A DNA stretch of 64,000 nt from Vitrella brassicaformis CCMP3155 (taxonomy: Eukaryota; Protista; Chromerida), in contig CDMY01000248.1 in assembly GCA_001179505.1 (NCBI GenBank), forward strand, positions 85,303-149,302, written 5' to 3'. The position numbers were made by a program, and so were the translations under genes. The notes below the pieces were generated by a model. It worked only from the letters and a program-made list of their open reading frames with translations, did not search any database and was not told the DNA's origin. Positions 25,901 to 38,287 of this stretch are shown here, in pieces. Position 1 is the stretch's first letter. Each line of letters opens with the position of its first letter.

Positions 25901-28900
25901 GACCAGCTGGCGGTGCAATGAGCACGACATTGATGGTGGTGTTGCGCAGAGGGCGAGACAATTCAAAGTTCACGGTGGCGTCATGCACGAGCCCAAAGCG
26001 ATTTGTAGACTCCTGTCAAGGAAACACGTGTTGACAAAATGAGGCGTATTCAACGACCGCCTTGCCCACCGTGCTTGTGCCATTGGTGTCCCTATTGACT
26101 GCTTTGAATTGCAGGAGTGTCCCAAAGGTCGCCGATTGCGTGTCTCCCAAGTAGTTGACACTGTCGGCCTCTTCTCCTATCCTGCCTCCCCTGTAGGTGG
26201 GGTCGACTACGGCGATGCGCGTGTCGGAGAAGTCCGACAGAATCGTCACATCCACCTCTGCATCACTGACACAAACGACAACCCAGTATCCGTTGCATCA
26301 TTGGCTTGGCGTCTGTTTGTGCCTACGAGTTTTGCGGGTCTGCCTGCATGAACGCTCCCTTGACAAGGACTTCATACTTAGTGCCGTCCTGCAGGCCAGC
26401 ATACTGCAGAAAACATTGAGGCAGGCCGCGATACTTCCACACTCAAGCATAACATCATGAACATACTTTTGAGAACTGCATGTAGAGCTCCACAAAAATG
26501 CCCGCCTTAGCCACATGCCTACACAACACAAGGCGCGACACACATCCAGACAGGCAAGAACGTTGTGAGCATGGTCTGCCCACCAGCATTTGTGCGGCAT
26601 CGGGAATCCGTCTGCCGAGTACATTTCGTAAAAATATAACCCACAGTCGCTCTGCTGCGCCGCCTCAGCCGTGGTCTCGAGAGCCGCGGCGGAGTTGTCA
26701 GTAAAGGTGAGTGATGAATCAGGAGAGGTGAAGGTCGCCTGGGCGATCGGCACGGGGGCGAACCGAGTGAGATCCTTGAAGGAATATTTGACTCTGACAA
26801 AACAAGCAAGCGATCCTTCTTGCCTCTCTGATGCTGGCATGCCCCGTGTCTCACGCACCCACCTGTAGGCTTTGCCAAATTGATGTGTTTGGTAGGCATC
26901 CTGCACATCCAGTTCGAGCCCGCTGCCGTCGACAGTAGGTACCTTGCCGCTGGTGGATGTCGTGAAGCTGATGTACACTGGCCCGGCCTTTCTCGTCTCA
27001 GTGATAGCTGGCACGATACGGGGAGCGTTCGTGAAGCCTCGAGGATTGAGGACATTCAAACGGCCGAAGCGAAACCAATCGGGTGTGCCCGCATTGACTG
27101 AGATGACGAAGACATGACTGACGGGACGCACGGAGGCAGCGCATGATGGATCGTTTGCTTACTGTCGCTAGTCCAGCAGAGGTACAGAGTGTTGTTTGCG
27201 CTGCTGGTGTAGACCTCAGGATATTTTTCAACTCCCGACATCTGGAATGCATGGCCGTCCTGCGTCCACAAAGTGCCCGACGGAATGGCGGGAAACGGAT
27301 GGCGGAAGTTGATACGAAACGTGCCGTCTGATGCCGGCCCTGAAATAACCTTCACCACACGCACGCACGCACGCACGGAGAAGGGAGAAAGCCCCCATCC
27401 GTGGGCCTCGAACTGTCAGCGAGGCATTTGTGTACCTGGTATATGCGGTCGGCCGTGTGGAAGACCTGCCTGTTGCTGCGTGTCGCCTCGTTTATCCCCA
27501 TTGGATGCCCATCCGCCTGCTGACTCGCCGTGAATGTAATGAAGTGGTTGAGAGTAAAGCCTTCCAGCACAAGTTGCTCATACGACTTGGCCGTCTTCAG
27601 GATTGGCGTGCTCGATCCGTGGCCGGTGACCGATGTCACGTAGGTGTTGGCGAGGAGTGGTATGCCCTGCAGGTCGCCGGCAGCGTTGCCATCGGGATAT
27701 GTGAAAACCGCACTGGAGGACGACTGACAGTCGCTGTCCTCCGATATGCGGATTCGGTGGTTGGCGCCGCCCATGCCAAAGCCGATGATCGTGAGAGTGA
27801 ATGGCTCGCCTGAGGTCACATCATAGAGGCCGTCGCCGCCCACAGTTCGGTTCGTGTCTGGCCCCTTGACCATCAAATAGCCTGCTGGGCTGGCAAAGTC
27901 CTCCATTGAGTCGCAGCTGGCCGTGTGGGGGGAAGACTGCTTGGTATAGACGGTCTTGGGGCAGTAGCACAGCTTGTAGATGCCTGGAGAGACACCCTGT
28001 GTGTCCAGCGGGCCAGTGATGGTCACCGTTGTTGACGTCGCAAAGGCCGCTTGAAAGGTGGCGTCACCGAGACTTCCCGTGCCACATATCACATCGTTTG
28101 TTGTACTGTCGTCGAGCGCCGCGTTGTCCAGGATGCCGACAAGCTGGTCGCCGGCGGTCATTTTGGTGGCGCCTCCCCCGTCGGGTAGGCTGATAGTGCA
28201 TGAGGTCTGGTTGGCACCGCATGTCGCCCAGGTGGTGTCGAAGGGTCCGTATATCTTGATCTGTCTCGTCGTGTTGTCCGTCACGGTGGTCGCATACTCT
28301 GGGGTGAGCGTCGTCAAGGAGTCCATTCTTTCCTTGCTGGTCGAGAGTCGAGACAGAAGGTACCATGAAAGTTTGTGAAGGAAGCTTTGTTGTTACTTAC
28401 TTTGGCGACGCTCCACCCGGCTTCCAGCACAGCGCATAGAGGCTCGTTTGGGTGCCGTCCTCTTGATACTTCGGCGTAACATTCGGAGGGACGGGAGCGG
28501 AAGATGAGAAGACAAACGGGTGGCTGCAGTAAGACAGAATCTGGCGTTTTCCGCCTCTGTCGTCTTCGAGTCACGTGCGTACTGATCGGAGACATTTGTG
28601 CCAGCAACGGCCTCAGCGGACGTGTGTTGCACCAACCTAACATGGCAACGAGCGTTGTGAGCAGGGATGCACAGGCCCTTCGTTCCCTCTTCCTTTACTT
28701 GGTGATGTTGCTTTCGCCACACTCGTCGTAGTAATACAGGAGCTTCGTGCCAGTCGTGTCGAAACGCTAAAGAACCATTAGACCATATTAGACATTGATA
28801 AGCAGGCTGTCTCATGCGTGTATGCAATCTCACCTCAGGTCGCCTTTCGACAAAGATGATCTTGTCTCCTTCCGCACAGTCGAAGCACGTGTCCTTACTG

Positions 28901-31533
28901 ATGTAGAGCGTGCACGCACGACCCGCATAGCACACCATCGTGCCGTTCGCCTCGGCACCGACCACCGTCAGCTCTCCTGAAATAAGAGACTGACTCGACT
29001 TAAACAGGTGCATGCGCAGTTTTCATGATGTGCTGCCTGCCTGTCGTCCATTTGTATTCTGTGGGTGAGGAAGTGCTGGTGCAGCCCTGGGTGTCGATGT
29101 CCTGTGACGGGCACCAGCACAATTTGTAGATGCCTTGAATCAGCCGGTTGCCCCTGAAGCAATCAGCAATATCACTTTGAGAAAGCGATCGAAGGTATTT
29201 CACTCCGCATGTGTGTGCTTACGGAGGAAAGTAGAATGGCCAAGTGTACGTGTTGATGTACTTGACAGCCACCTGAGGATTCACCTGCACTCAGAGACGC
29301 GACACCTGCATCTATTTCAACCCTCCCTGTTGCTGCGTGCCGTGTCTCTCTCACCGCTTCGATGGTCTCTGTCACATTGGGTCTCGTGTAGGTCAGCAGT
29401 GTCGCTGTCGTCCCACACTCGACCGCCGGATAGTTGGCCGTCGTCCCATCCCCTATGATGACCATCCAGTCGCCGGCAGCCAACCCCAGCCCTCCCCTGT
29501 AGCCCGGCGGTACGCGATTGGTGCTGTTGTACTCGAACGAGTCTATGGCCAGGTTGCATGGCTGCGTCGACACGCCACAGAAGGAGGAATGGAGAGCGTT
29601 CATGGCAGGACCTGCATCAATGGTCGTTCAGAGTCAGAGATGGCAAGCCTTCGACATCTCTCCTGCCAACCTCTGGTTTTGAGGGTTCCCGCTTTGAATG
29701 GGTATCGAGTTGGGAATATGGTGTCACCAGTGAGACGAGCGCAGTGATTCGCCGTGTACGTCCCACCAGGGCAGTAACACAGCGCATAGAAGCTGAAAAC
29801 ACAAAGTACTAAGGTTTCGTCTCGCATGAATGACAGCGCTTACGCAGGATCGACGTCCATGGCTGCCGATGTGAGCGGCAGTGTGTCGCTGGCATGCTGC
29901 ACTGTGTAAGTGTAAGTGCCAGCCGTCGCGTCGGTGATGCCCACTGAATAAACAGGAAATCAGACGCCTTAATCCGCGTCTGTGTCTCCTGCAAGTCACT
30001 CAATCGGTGTGGCAACGCTGGCCGACAAGTTGCCTGCTGACAACATTCGATATGTTGACGTACTGCACCTCTCCACTACTGCTGCACGCCGTGCCATACT
30101 CCTGGCTCGACGTGCTGTTGATGAAGACAGCCAGATAATCATCCGGAGGCTGCAGAGCTGTCAAAAACAAAAACAAACAAACAAACAAACAAGAGAAAGG
30201 CATTAAGAACAAAAGCCATGCGAGACACAGCCAAGATGCCTTTTTCTCCCTGTCGACATACCATTGCTCACGTCTACGACGCTGTTCACAATCTGTCCCC
30301 CCTTCTCGGCCACATTCTTGCCCTGGGACACGCTGAAGTAGAAGCTCACGGTGTCGATTTTGAAGTTGCACCCGTACCCCACTGGACACGTGTGCATCAT
30401 GTTGGGTGTGGTCTGAAAGCCGGCCACTTGGAGGAGCATGCCGATGTCCACAGCATAACGGGCGGCATTAGTGGATACGACAGATGATCGCCTCTTGCAT
30501 GCGCCAAGGTCGTTCAGACAGATGCACAGTGAATAGAAACTGAAAGGAAGAAAAGAATTGCTCTTTTTCGCGTTGTGCTATGCATGCCTACATACCCTGG
30601 GTATCTGATGGCGATGTGCGAGAGGGTCATTCCATTGTGGGATCCCTCATGGAAGCCAATCTCACAGGTCCGCCCATTGATATTCCCACAGCGAGACGTG
30701 CCTGTCTCATACCAGAAAGGAGGCAACGGACATTTCAGAGACATGACGCTCCCTTCCTCCCATCACCGATAGGCCTCTCTCCGACAGATTCGGGCTCGCC
30801 GAACCAGAGGTCCTCCGGCGAGGACGGGGGAAAGGGAGGTGATGTGGCCGCCTTGACGAGCAGCTGCTCTCCATTCCATGTGCCAAAGGTCTTGCGGCTC
30901 GGCGAACACCTGGGGGCGAGGAAAAGGACGAGAATCGAGAGAAAAGAGCCTTGTGGTGTTGCCTGCCCACCCGACGTTGGCTGGCTCGATGACGATGCCG
31001 TCTTCAGTGGTGAAGTTGTGAATAGGGTCACGATTTTCCATTGATATGGTGAAGCGAACACCTGCAGCAACCACGAAAAGAGCCTATGAATAAACCAGTC
31101 TACTTGTTAAGTCTTTGCATGTACCAGGAAATAGGGTGGTTGCATTCGATGTGACTCCCAAGTCCGTCGACTGGTAGACATTGGCCACCGTGACGCTGCC
31201 GATAGAGTCATCTGTCATGCCGAGTTGCCTCTCAAACGAGCTGCGACCGCGATACCCCTGCGACACAAAGACAAGGCCCCACTATCAACAAAAGAAAAGG
31301 ATAAGCCCTTACCCCTCGCAAGAACATGAAGCCCTCATCCTCATCGTAGTCCACATAGACATCAGATGAGCCCGACCTGAGCTCAAGAGAGTTTCGAAGC
31401 GTCATCTCCTTCATTCTGGGCACAGATCTTACCCGCTGCCACAGATCGATGGCAGCCTCGACAAGAGCAGCAACGCCAAGAGCCACTGTGCGCTCCCAGA
31501 CCGAGGCGCAACAGATGCCCCTGTATAAGGCAT
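22928..31533 (-). CDS. Very large secreted/surface Cys-rich modular protein (CRMP-like Y-x-LC[WY]CP repeats plus beta-rich domains)
   Basis: ATG at 31533 gives the signal-like MPYTGASVAPRSGSAQWLLALLLLSRLPSICG. More than 25 exons; the motifs FYALCYCP, GIYKLCWCP and GIYKLCYCP recur. Possible C-terminal hydrophobic segment LAWFFVCILVMCL; the 3' end is uncertain. Confidence 0.65.
23717..23794. repeat. 39-bp tandem duplication encoding DSLEEPAEQLNTT twice
   Basis: cgtggtatt(t/c)agctgctcagctggctcctcaagggaatc occurs twice, in frame. Confidence 0.95.
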
Positions 31534-32057
31534 GGACTCCTTCAGGAGGCCTCAACTTCCCAGATCGGCGCCATGACGCCTCAGTCAATTGACGGCCTCC
31601 ACAATTGCTGAAGGATTTGAGGAAGCTGTGAGTGAGATTTTGAGACTGAATGTGGGGGCGTGGCCCCCCGCATGTTTGACAGCACGTGCATTGTGTGGTC
31701 TGAAAGCGATCATGGAGCAAAGAAGGTCAATGCATCCCATATATACGTATCAATAGCGCACCCGCCCAATGACCCCAAAAAGCAGAGACAATCCTCATCC
31801 CCTCACCACCATATGCCGAACAGACGAGCACAGCGAGATTCTTCCATCAAGGCAGAAACGCCATCGTCGTTGTCTCGCTTCGCCCCTGTCCTACACACAC
31901 CCATCTGATCTCTGAGGACTGTACATCTCTACAAGCAAGTACGAGGCTAAGGCCTTGGTGAAAAAACACGAGCAAAAACGGCATGAATGCATGGACCCTC
32001 GGCACCCAGACGACAAAAAACGTCCCTGTTTGCCTGCGGCAACAACACCGCAGGCCA

Positions 32058-34126
32058 CTAGAGCGTGACGCCTGTGTCCACCCCACAAAGCTTGAGCACA
32101 TTCAGGCCCGTTCCCGCCACCACCACAAAGACACCGAAGCACAGGAGGGAAGCCAGTGCGACACGCTCTAGCAGGGGGATCTGGGAGAGGAGAAAAAGCA
32201 AAAGGGAAATGAGCAAACAGGGCGCAGGAATTGCATGGTATGTTCTTGGCTCACTTTCGGTGTCATCTTCCAATAAAAGACGACCGGGAAGATGCAGCAG
32301 GTCTGCATTGAGAACAGGCACCCTGCACATGTAAACACACAGACACAACCAATGCTTGCCCAGTGTTGCGCCTTGTTTGCACCGCGCCTCCACCTGTGAA
32401 AGCCTGTATGTCAGCCACATGGTCCCGGACGAGCACCGCCAGCAGAGTGCTCACTGCCATGAAGCCAGCACGCCACAGTGTCCGGACCACTCTCGGATCC
32501 TTCCACGCGGGGCCCTGGATGGGCGAGTCAGGCGGCGGCACTTTGTCCAGCCCCAACCACTGCTCCGTCCTGATGTGAACAGAGACACAGGGAATCGATG
32601 ATACTACCCTGCACATGAGAAGTTTCCTGTTTGCAGCTCACTTGAGCAAGAATGGGGCAGCGAAGAGGGGGAAGCCTCCTTCAAGCTTCACGACAATGGC
32701 AGCCTACAAGAACCGAGCAACACTCGACTCCCGAGTCCCTCCCATTCGCTTCTCGTCTCATGACCCTACCGTGGCAATGAGGGGCAAGAAGTGGACGCCC
32801 GGAATTTTGTGGCCCTGGAGGTCTCGCCCAAGATTCTCTGTAAAGGACTCGCCCAGACTGTCGCCATAGAAGAGGTATGCGAACAGGCCTGTCCCGCAGT
32901 AGCTGAAAAACGCCACCAGGAAGGAGAAGAAGCAGGCCAGCGGAAAGCCCCGCCGCGGCTTTCTCATGGAGGCATACACAGTGGGAAACACCGCATGAGC
33001 CACGAAACAGAAGTTGACAATGCCGATCGTCGTGGGCAGACCTGATCGATACGCCCGCCACGCACATCAGGCAGGTGTCGAATTTATCTCTCATGGTCCA
33101 TGTGGCTGCTCACCTCTCCAGTTGATGAAGATTAACTCGTCCGTCGGTGCCCGCATCGGCAGGGAAGCTGCGCTCCACACGAGGGCAACGACAGCCGCAG
33201 CCGTGGCCACGTTGCTCACGAGCGACACCATTGACACCCATTGGAGAGGGCAGAAGATCAGCGCCAGCGCCAGAATGCCGCTGGAGATGATCGATACCAT
33301 GCGGCTGAGGGAGGGCACGAGTAAGTTCAAGTTGGCACCAACCAGCACCAGATATGAGATCAATACGAACCTGACAATACAAGACAATGAAAAGGCCCCT
33401 GACGACAATCATTGCGTGTGTGCCCGTGCAGCCTTCGTACCAGATCTCTAGGGTGAGCGATGCCGTGACAATGGTCTGGCCCACTTGCCCAAAAGCCACC
33501 CGTCCAATGAGCGGCCAGTCCTGTGCTATCCTTGGTATTCGATGCTCCTTCCCGTAGTCCATTGTCCGGCTCATGCAGCGGGCAATCAAGAGGCCCGTGT
33601 ACCCATAGAAGACCGTCAGGAGACCACAGAAGACCACTGAGATAAAGCCGGATGCCGCAAAGGCAAAGGGAACAGCCAGAATACCGACGCCAATTACTCC
33701 ATTGGATATGGTGAAAGTCGCCTGCATCACTGTCTGGTCGGCCTCGTAGGACGATGAATCGGCCACGCTGCCGCTGCTGTCATGGCGACGGACGTGCGCA
33801 ATGGGTGATAAACTCGCCTCCACACTGACAACACACAGACAGAGCCACCTATGAGCCACCCAGTGTCTGAGTCTTCCCGCTCACCTGTCGAGTGTGGTTG
33901 TCCGCCGGCCTCCCCACACTCGGAATGGTGAGTACGTGCCGAAGGCCCCGCGTGGATTGATCAAATCGTGGACAGTCGCCCTGTCGGCGTCATCCAGCTG
34001 GTCAAACACCATCATGTCGGCATCGTGCCCGTCCAGCCCATCCATGTTATGAAGTGTGTGCGCCTGCAGTTCTTGGTGGCCGTCTGAGAGGCTCCTTGGC
34101 CTCTTGGGTCCTCTGTATGGCGGCAC
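32058..34126 (-). CDS. Amino-acid transporter, Aa_trans (AVT/SLC32-38-like) family, copy A
   Basis: ATFTISNGVIGVGILAVPFAFAASG...YTGLLIARC...GRVAFG is the family N-terminal signature, followed by multiple TM exons to ...VDTGVTL*. First in-frame ATG is at 34045. Confidence 0.88.
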
Positions 34127-34234
34127 ATGGTCATCAGCTGAAGCGGCGAGAAGGGGACGGGAGAGATTAGAGGAGCTGCTGGAGGGACCAGAGAGCCGAC
34201 GCAGGGAACACCTTTTCGTTCTCGTGACAATCGT

Positions 34235-34252
34235 GCGAGCTCAATGCGAGCT
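34235..34252 (-). promoter_or_regulatory. Paired AGCTCGC motif upstream of transporter copy A
   Basis: The minus strand reads agctcgcattgagctcgc. Confidence 0.4.
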
Positions 34253-34610
34253 TGGCTTCTTTAGCCGCATTTAGATAGAGCGATTCTATCGCATCGAGCT
34301 TCTCGCTGCCTCCCTGCATGAAACAAAAGCACGGATTGATAGGTGAGCACCGACCGCATCATGACCATCATGATTCATGACTGCCGCGGGTGGCAGATGG
34401 CCACGGTCTACGGCGTGCAGCTTATCGTATCCATTCATTCACCGGCGGGCGCAAGCATGGCGGCGCTCTTCGCGAGTGACTTGCCTTCAGGTGAGGCAGC
34501 ATGCCGTGTGTGGCGACGAAGATCACCTTGAAGTTCTCTCTGTTTCCATAGGACATGACAAGGTCGGCCGCGTCTGAGCGTTACCGTCTGTAGCCCAGCG
34601 TCAGGGAGCA

Positions 34611-36849
34611 ATGCTTCGAGTACGTGACCGCCGCACAACACACTCCAGCACACTGCAACACTCCATCTGTATGGCTGGTTCTGTTGTGTGGTTCTGCGCG
34701 CAGGGCTCAAGCATCATGTCGGCCGCGTCATCAGCCGGGCAGCAGCAACCGCAGCACCCGACCACCCTCAAATTCAGACAACTGCTCGCACGTACGAGAC
34801 ACTGAGAAACTCTCTATGGCATGCCTCACCACACAAGCACGGACGCGTTTGTGTGTGCCTTTGCACTTTACAGACGAGAATGAGGTGTGTCCCTACCTGC
34901 TGGGCAAGGGCACCGAGTGGACGGTGACTGAGAAGGACGCCAGGGACTCGGGCGGGCGGCTCAAGGTCGAGCGCGTGCCGCACGCCGCTGTAGGCAGCCT
35001 AGTCTACGACAAGGTAGGCGTCTGTTGAAGGAGAAGGCAGACACTGTACCACACTACACTACAGTACAATGTCCACAATCCTTCTGTGTGTTTCTGCGAT
35101 GATCATCAGGATTGGCCATTGATGTCGGCCACATCATCAGCTGGGCAACAACCGCACCAGCAGCAGCAGCAGCCGCAGCAGCAGGCGATGAAGCTGAAGG
35201 CTGTCGAGATCCACCTCCCACCTGACACGAATGACGCGACGCAGCGGCTGGTGGGCGGCATCATAGTACGCACCATCACCCCTGCCGAAGTGCAGCAGCT
35301 CATCCGCCAAGGCGCCGACGCCGCCGTGTACGTCGAGCTGAGGGAGTGCCGCCGGCGCGTTGCTCTTTTGCTTTGCGTGTCTCTGCTGTCCTTGGCCATC
35401 GACGACTGGAGCACGCCAACAGCACTCGAGGAGGAGCTTACCATCGGGCCCGAGCGACATAAAGGAGAGTTCATCTTGCCGCTATGGCCGTCGCGCGAGG
35501 TGCAGGCGGCCATCCTGTCGGCGCTGATCGACGCCATCGGACGGCCCAGGATCGACAGCCTTCCTCCGTTCCCCGGGCATCCGAGGATCACCAAGAGGAA
35601 GGGTCCCATCGAGATGGCGGTGCGAGCGGGCAACCTGACGGCCGTCAAGACACTCGTGGCCAACGGGGCCGCTCTGCGGGGGCGGCAGCTGGTCTTCCTG
35701 CCACGTTGGGTGCGCACCAGCAAGGAGTATGAGGCCGCCCTGATGGCCATCTACACCTACCTCGTCCAGCACGACCCCTCCCTCGCCACCGAGGCAACGG
35801 CCAATGGCTATAATGTCATCCATTTGGCCGCCGGTGTGGGCCCCATCTACTCGGAGGCCTTCATCCACGCCTTCCTGCAGCTGATGAAGGACAACGGCGC
35901 CAGCCTCACTCACACCACACACCAACACGTCCATAGCAAAACGCCCCTGCACCGGGCGGCTATACAGTGCTCGTATCATGTGATCGAGTGGCTGTGTCCC
36001 CACCTCAGCCCCGCAGACATCAACGAAAGAAGCAGCGCCAACACTACCCCCCTCACCCTCGCTAGCGGGAAGGTCGCCTCTTTGGTGAGGCACGCCACCA
36101 CCCCGTCTGTGAGAGGAGAGATCAGCGGGATGAGAGGCGCCATCCGCGCGATGCTGAGGTCGGGCGCGGCCATCGACAGGGACCGACATGTTCGTCGCCT
36201 GGTGGACGGGGAGTACGTGCAGCTCCTCGAGGAGCTAGCGGATGACGTCATGGATGCGGTGAATGGTGCCCTCAAGCCCCAGCGCGACGTCGCCGACCTG
36301 CTGACGCGGCTGCTGCCCCTCGCCCGCTTCCCTCCCTCCCGCCCCAAGCCGTCTGATGCGACAGACAATGACGCCCCTGCCGCCCCTTCCAGGCCCTCCC
36401 CATTCGCCCACAGCGACGAGACGGCCCATATCGCATGGAAGGTCGGCGCCTTCCTGCACGAGCCAGAGGCCGTCGACCAGATGCACCTCACGACCCACAC
36501 CCCACTGGCTGGCCGCGTCAAGGCCGCCATGCAGCACTTCGTCAAGTGCGCGGCGACCAAGACGGCCGGCAATCGTGAGGTCGTGGGTGTGATGGCCAAT
36601 GTGGGCGGCCGGGTGGTGCGGGTGCCGCTGCAGTGCTTCGCTGTCAACCGAGGGCAGCTTACACACAGACGGCTGGGGCTGCGTGAGGTAGTCCACAAGG
36701 CCCGGCTGGACGAGGCGGCTCGATACGGGCTGACGGGCGTCGTCAAGGACTTCAACACCCACCTGGGCAATGAGGATTGCCAGTTCGATTGGCAGCAGCT
36801 GGGATGGGTCGACGAGAGGGGGCAGTTCCAGCCGCTGGGCATCAACTAG
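34611..36849 (+). CDS. Ankyrin-repeat protein (lineage-expanded family), intact copy A
   Basis: Ankyrin-like segments IEMAVRAGNLTAVKTLVANGA, NVIHLAAG, TPLHRAAIQCSYHVIEWL and TPLTLA, in a 587-codon terminal exon preceded by short 5' exons. Confidence 0.85.
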
Positions 36850-38287
36850 CCGAGGGGGGCAGCACAGGGCCGTGTAGCGGGAGGTGTAGCAGGAGGGGTG
36901 GGCTGAGGTGTTGGCAGAGCGATATGGGTATGGGAGGCTTGATGTGTATAGACGGATTGTGTCTACGAGGGGCGGGGAGGGGTGCTTCATGGCCATTTCA
37001 TGTGGATGCATCGCTCAGAGTGGTTGACCTCTGTGTCCGTCTGAATGAATGGAATGGCCGGATGACTGTGTGACCTCAATTCACGGCGAGCATTGCAAAC
37101 TGATATGAAGCGCACCGATACCACCAGTGTCAGCCGCACACACACACGCGCATCTGTTGTTGGTCTGTCTGTACTGCATTGTATGTCCCCCATCCCACCC
37201 CACCCCATCCCATCAATCAAAGTGCGAAAGAGCCACTGCTTTTTGCTGCAGCCCCACGAACCATCGTTTGCAGCAAGAGCCGTGTAGCAGATAAGGGGGG
37301 GAAGAGGGAGGGATGGCGGTGTGTGTAGACTGGGTGGCTGTCCGCCGGGGTGACCGATGGCTCTATCTCTGTCTGGGGTGTACATATTGTGTGCAGTCTG
37401 ATTTGTTTCGTTGGCTAGTGCAGTTCAGCCGTGGTTGATTGACTGATTTCATGCCCATGGCCACATCAGTCAGTTCAATGTCTCAGCAACCACAGGGGCC
37501 GTCCCCCACCACACCGATCCGGTACACCCGTCCAGCTATCCGAATAGGTAATGACTCGCCAACTGCCGGCGGGCCCTCCACTCAGAAATTTAAGCCAGCC
37601 AGCTTTGCAGTGCAGAAGGCCAGCTTCCCAAACGGAAATCCAGCTTTCCGGGCGGAAAGCTGACGCAAAAACGGTGCTTCAATGAACGAGAGAGCTCCTT
37701 CGGTCCTTCTGAGTTGCTGCTGCAATGAAAGTGTTGTGGGTTGCATTGCATTGGCCCGTCGACCTCGGCCGTTCAGATCATTTCTGTGAGGGAGAGATGT
37801 CCACTCATTTATTCAGCCAAGCACTCCCGGAAACAGAGAGACATTCAGCCAATCCATTGCAAGCGAACGCACACAAGAGGGACACATACAGGGGAGGGGA
37901 GGGGGGAAGGGGGACCGCCTAGCTGCCTATCAGCGCTGTTTGTTCCACCGACCATAGTGAGTGTCTCTCGTCCGCCGGCATCCCGCGGGACAAAAGCGGG
38001 ACGCAGCCGGAGAGAGGCACTCACTGTCAGACGGACACATTCGTGTATGTCTTTGTGTGTGTGTTTCTGTGGTGCCTTTTTGCGCTGGAGTCTGTCCAAA
38101 GCAGCACAGACGGCCCCAAAGCACAATCCCTCCCAAAGCACATTCTCACTCACAACACTCCATGAATCATCAATGCGAGCTACGTCTACGGATGTGAGTA
38201 TGGCGATCACCTGAGAGGGGGGAGAGCACACAAACGAAAGAGCCCGTGAGTATCCATGGATGGGTGCACAGCGGCGTGGCCATGCAC

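Larger units (their letters stand above)
33711..37560. repeat. Inverted segmental duplication, arm A (extends left past the part that can be compared)
   Basis: The reverse complement matches 60160-64000 through exons, introns and intergenic DNA. For example, the window end gtgatgcaggcgactttcac is the reverse complement of 33711-33730. Confidence 0.95.

Noticed and set aside
35976-36845. 289-aa antisense ORF (and the equivalent 60765-61337, 60848-61480)
   Set aside because: Shadow frames of the ankyrin CDS.
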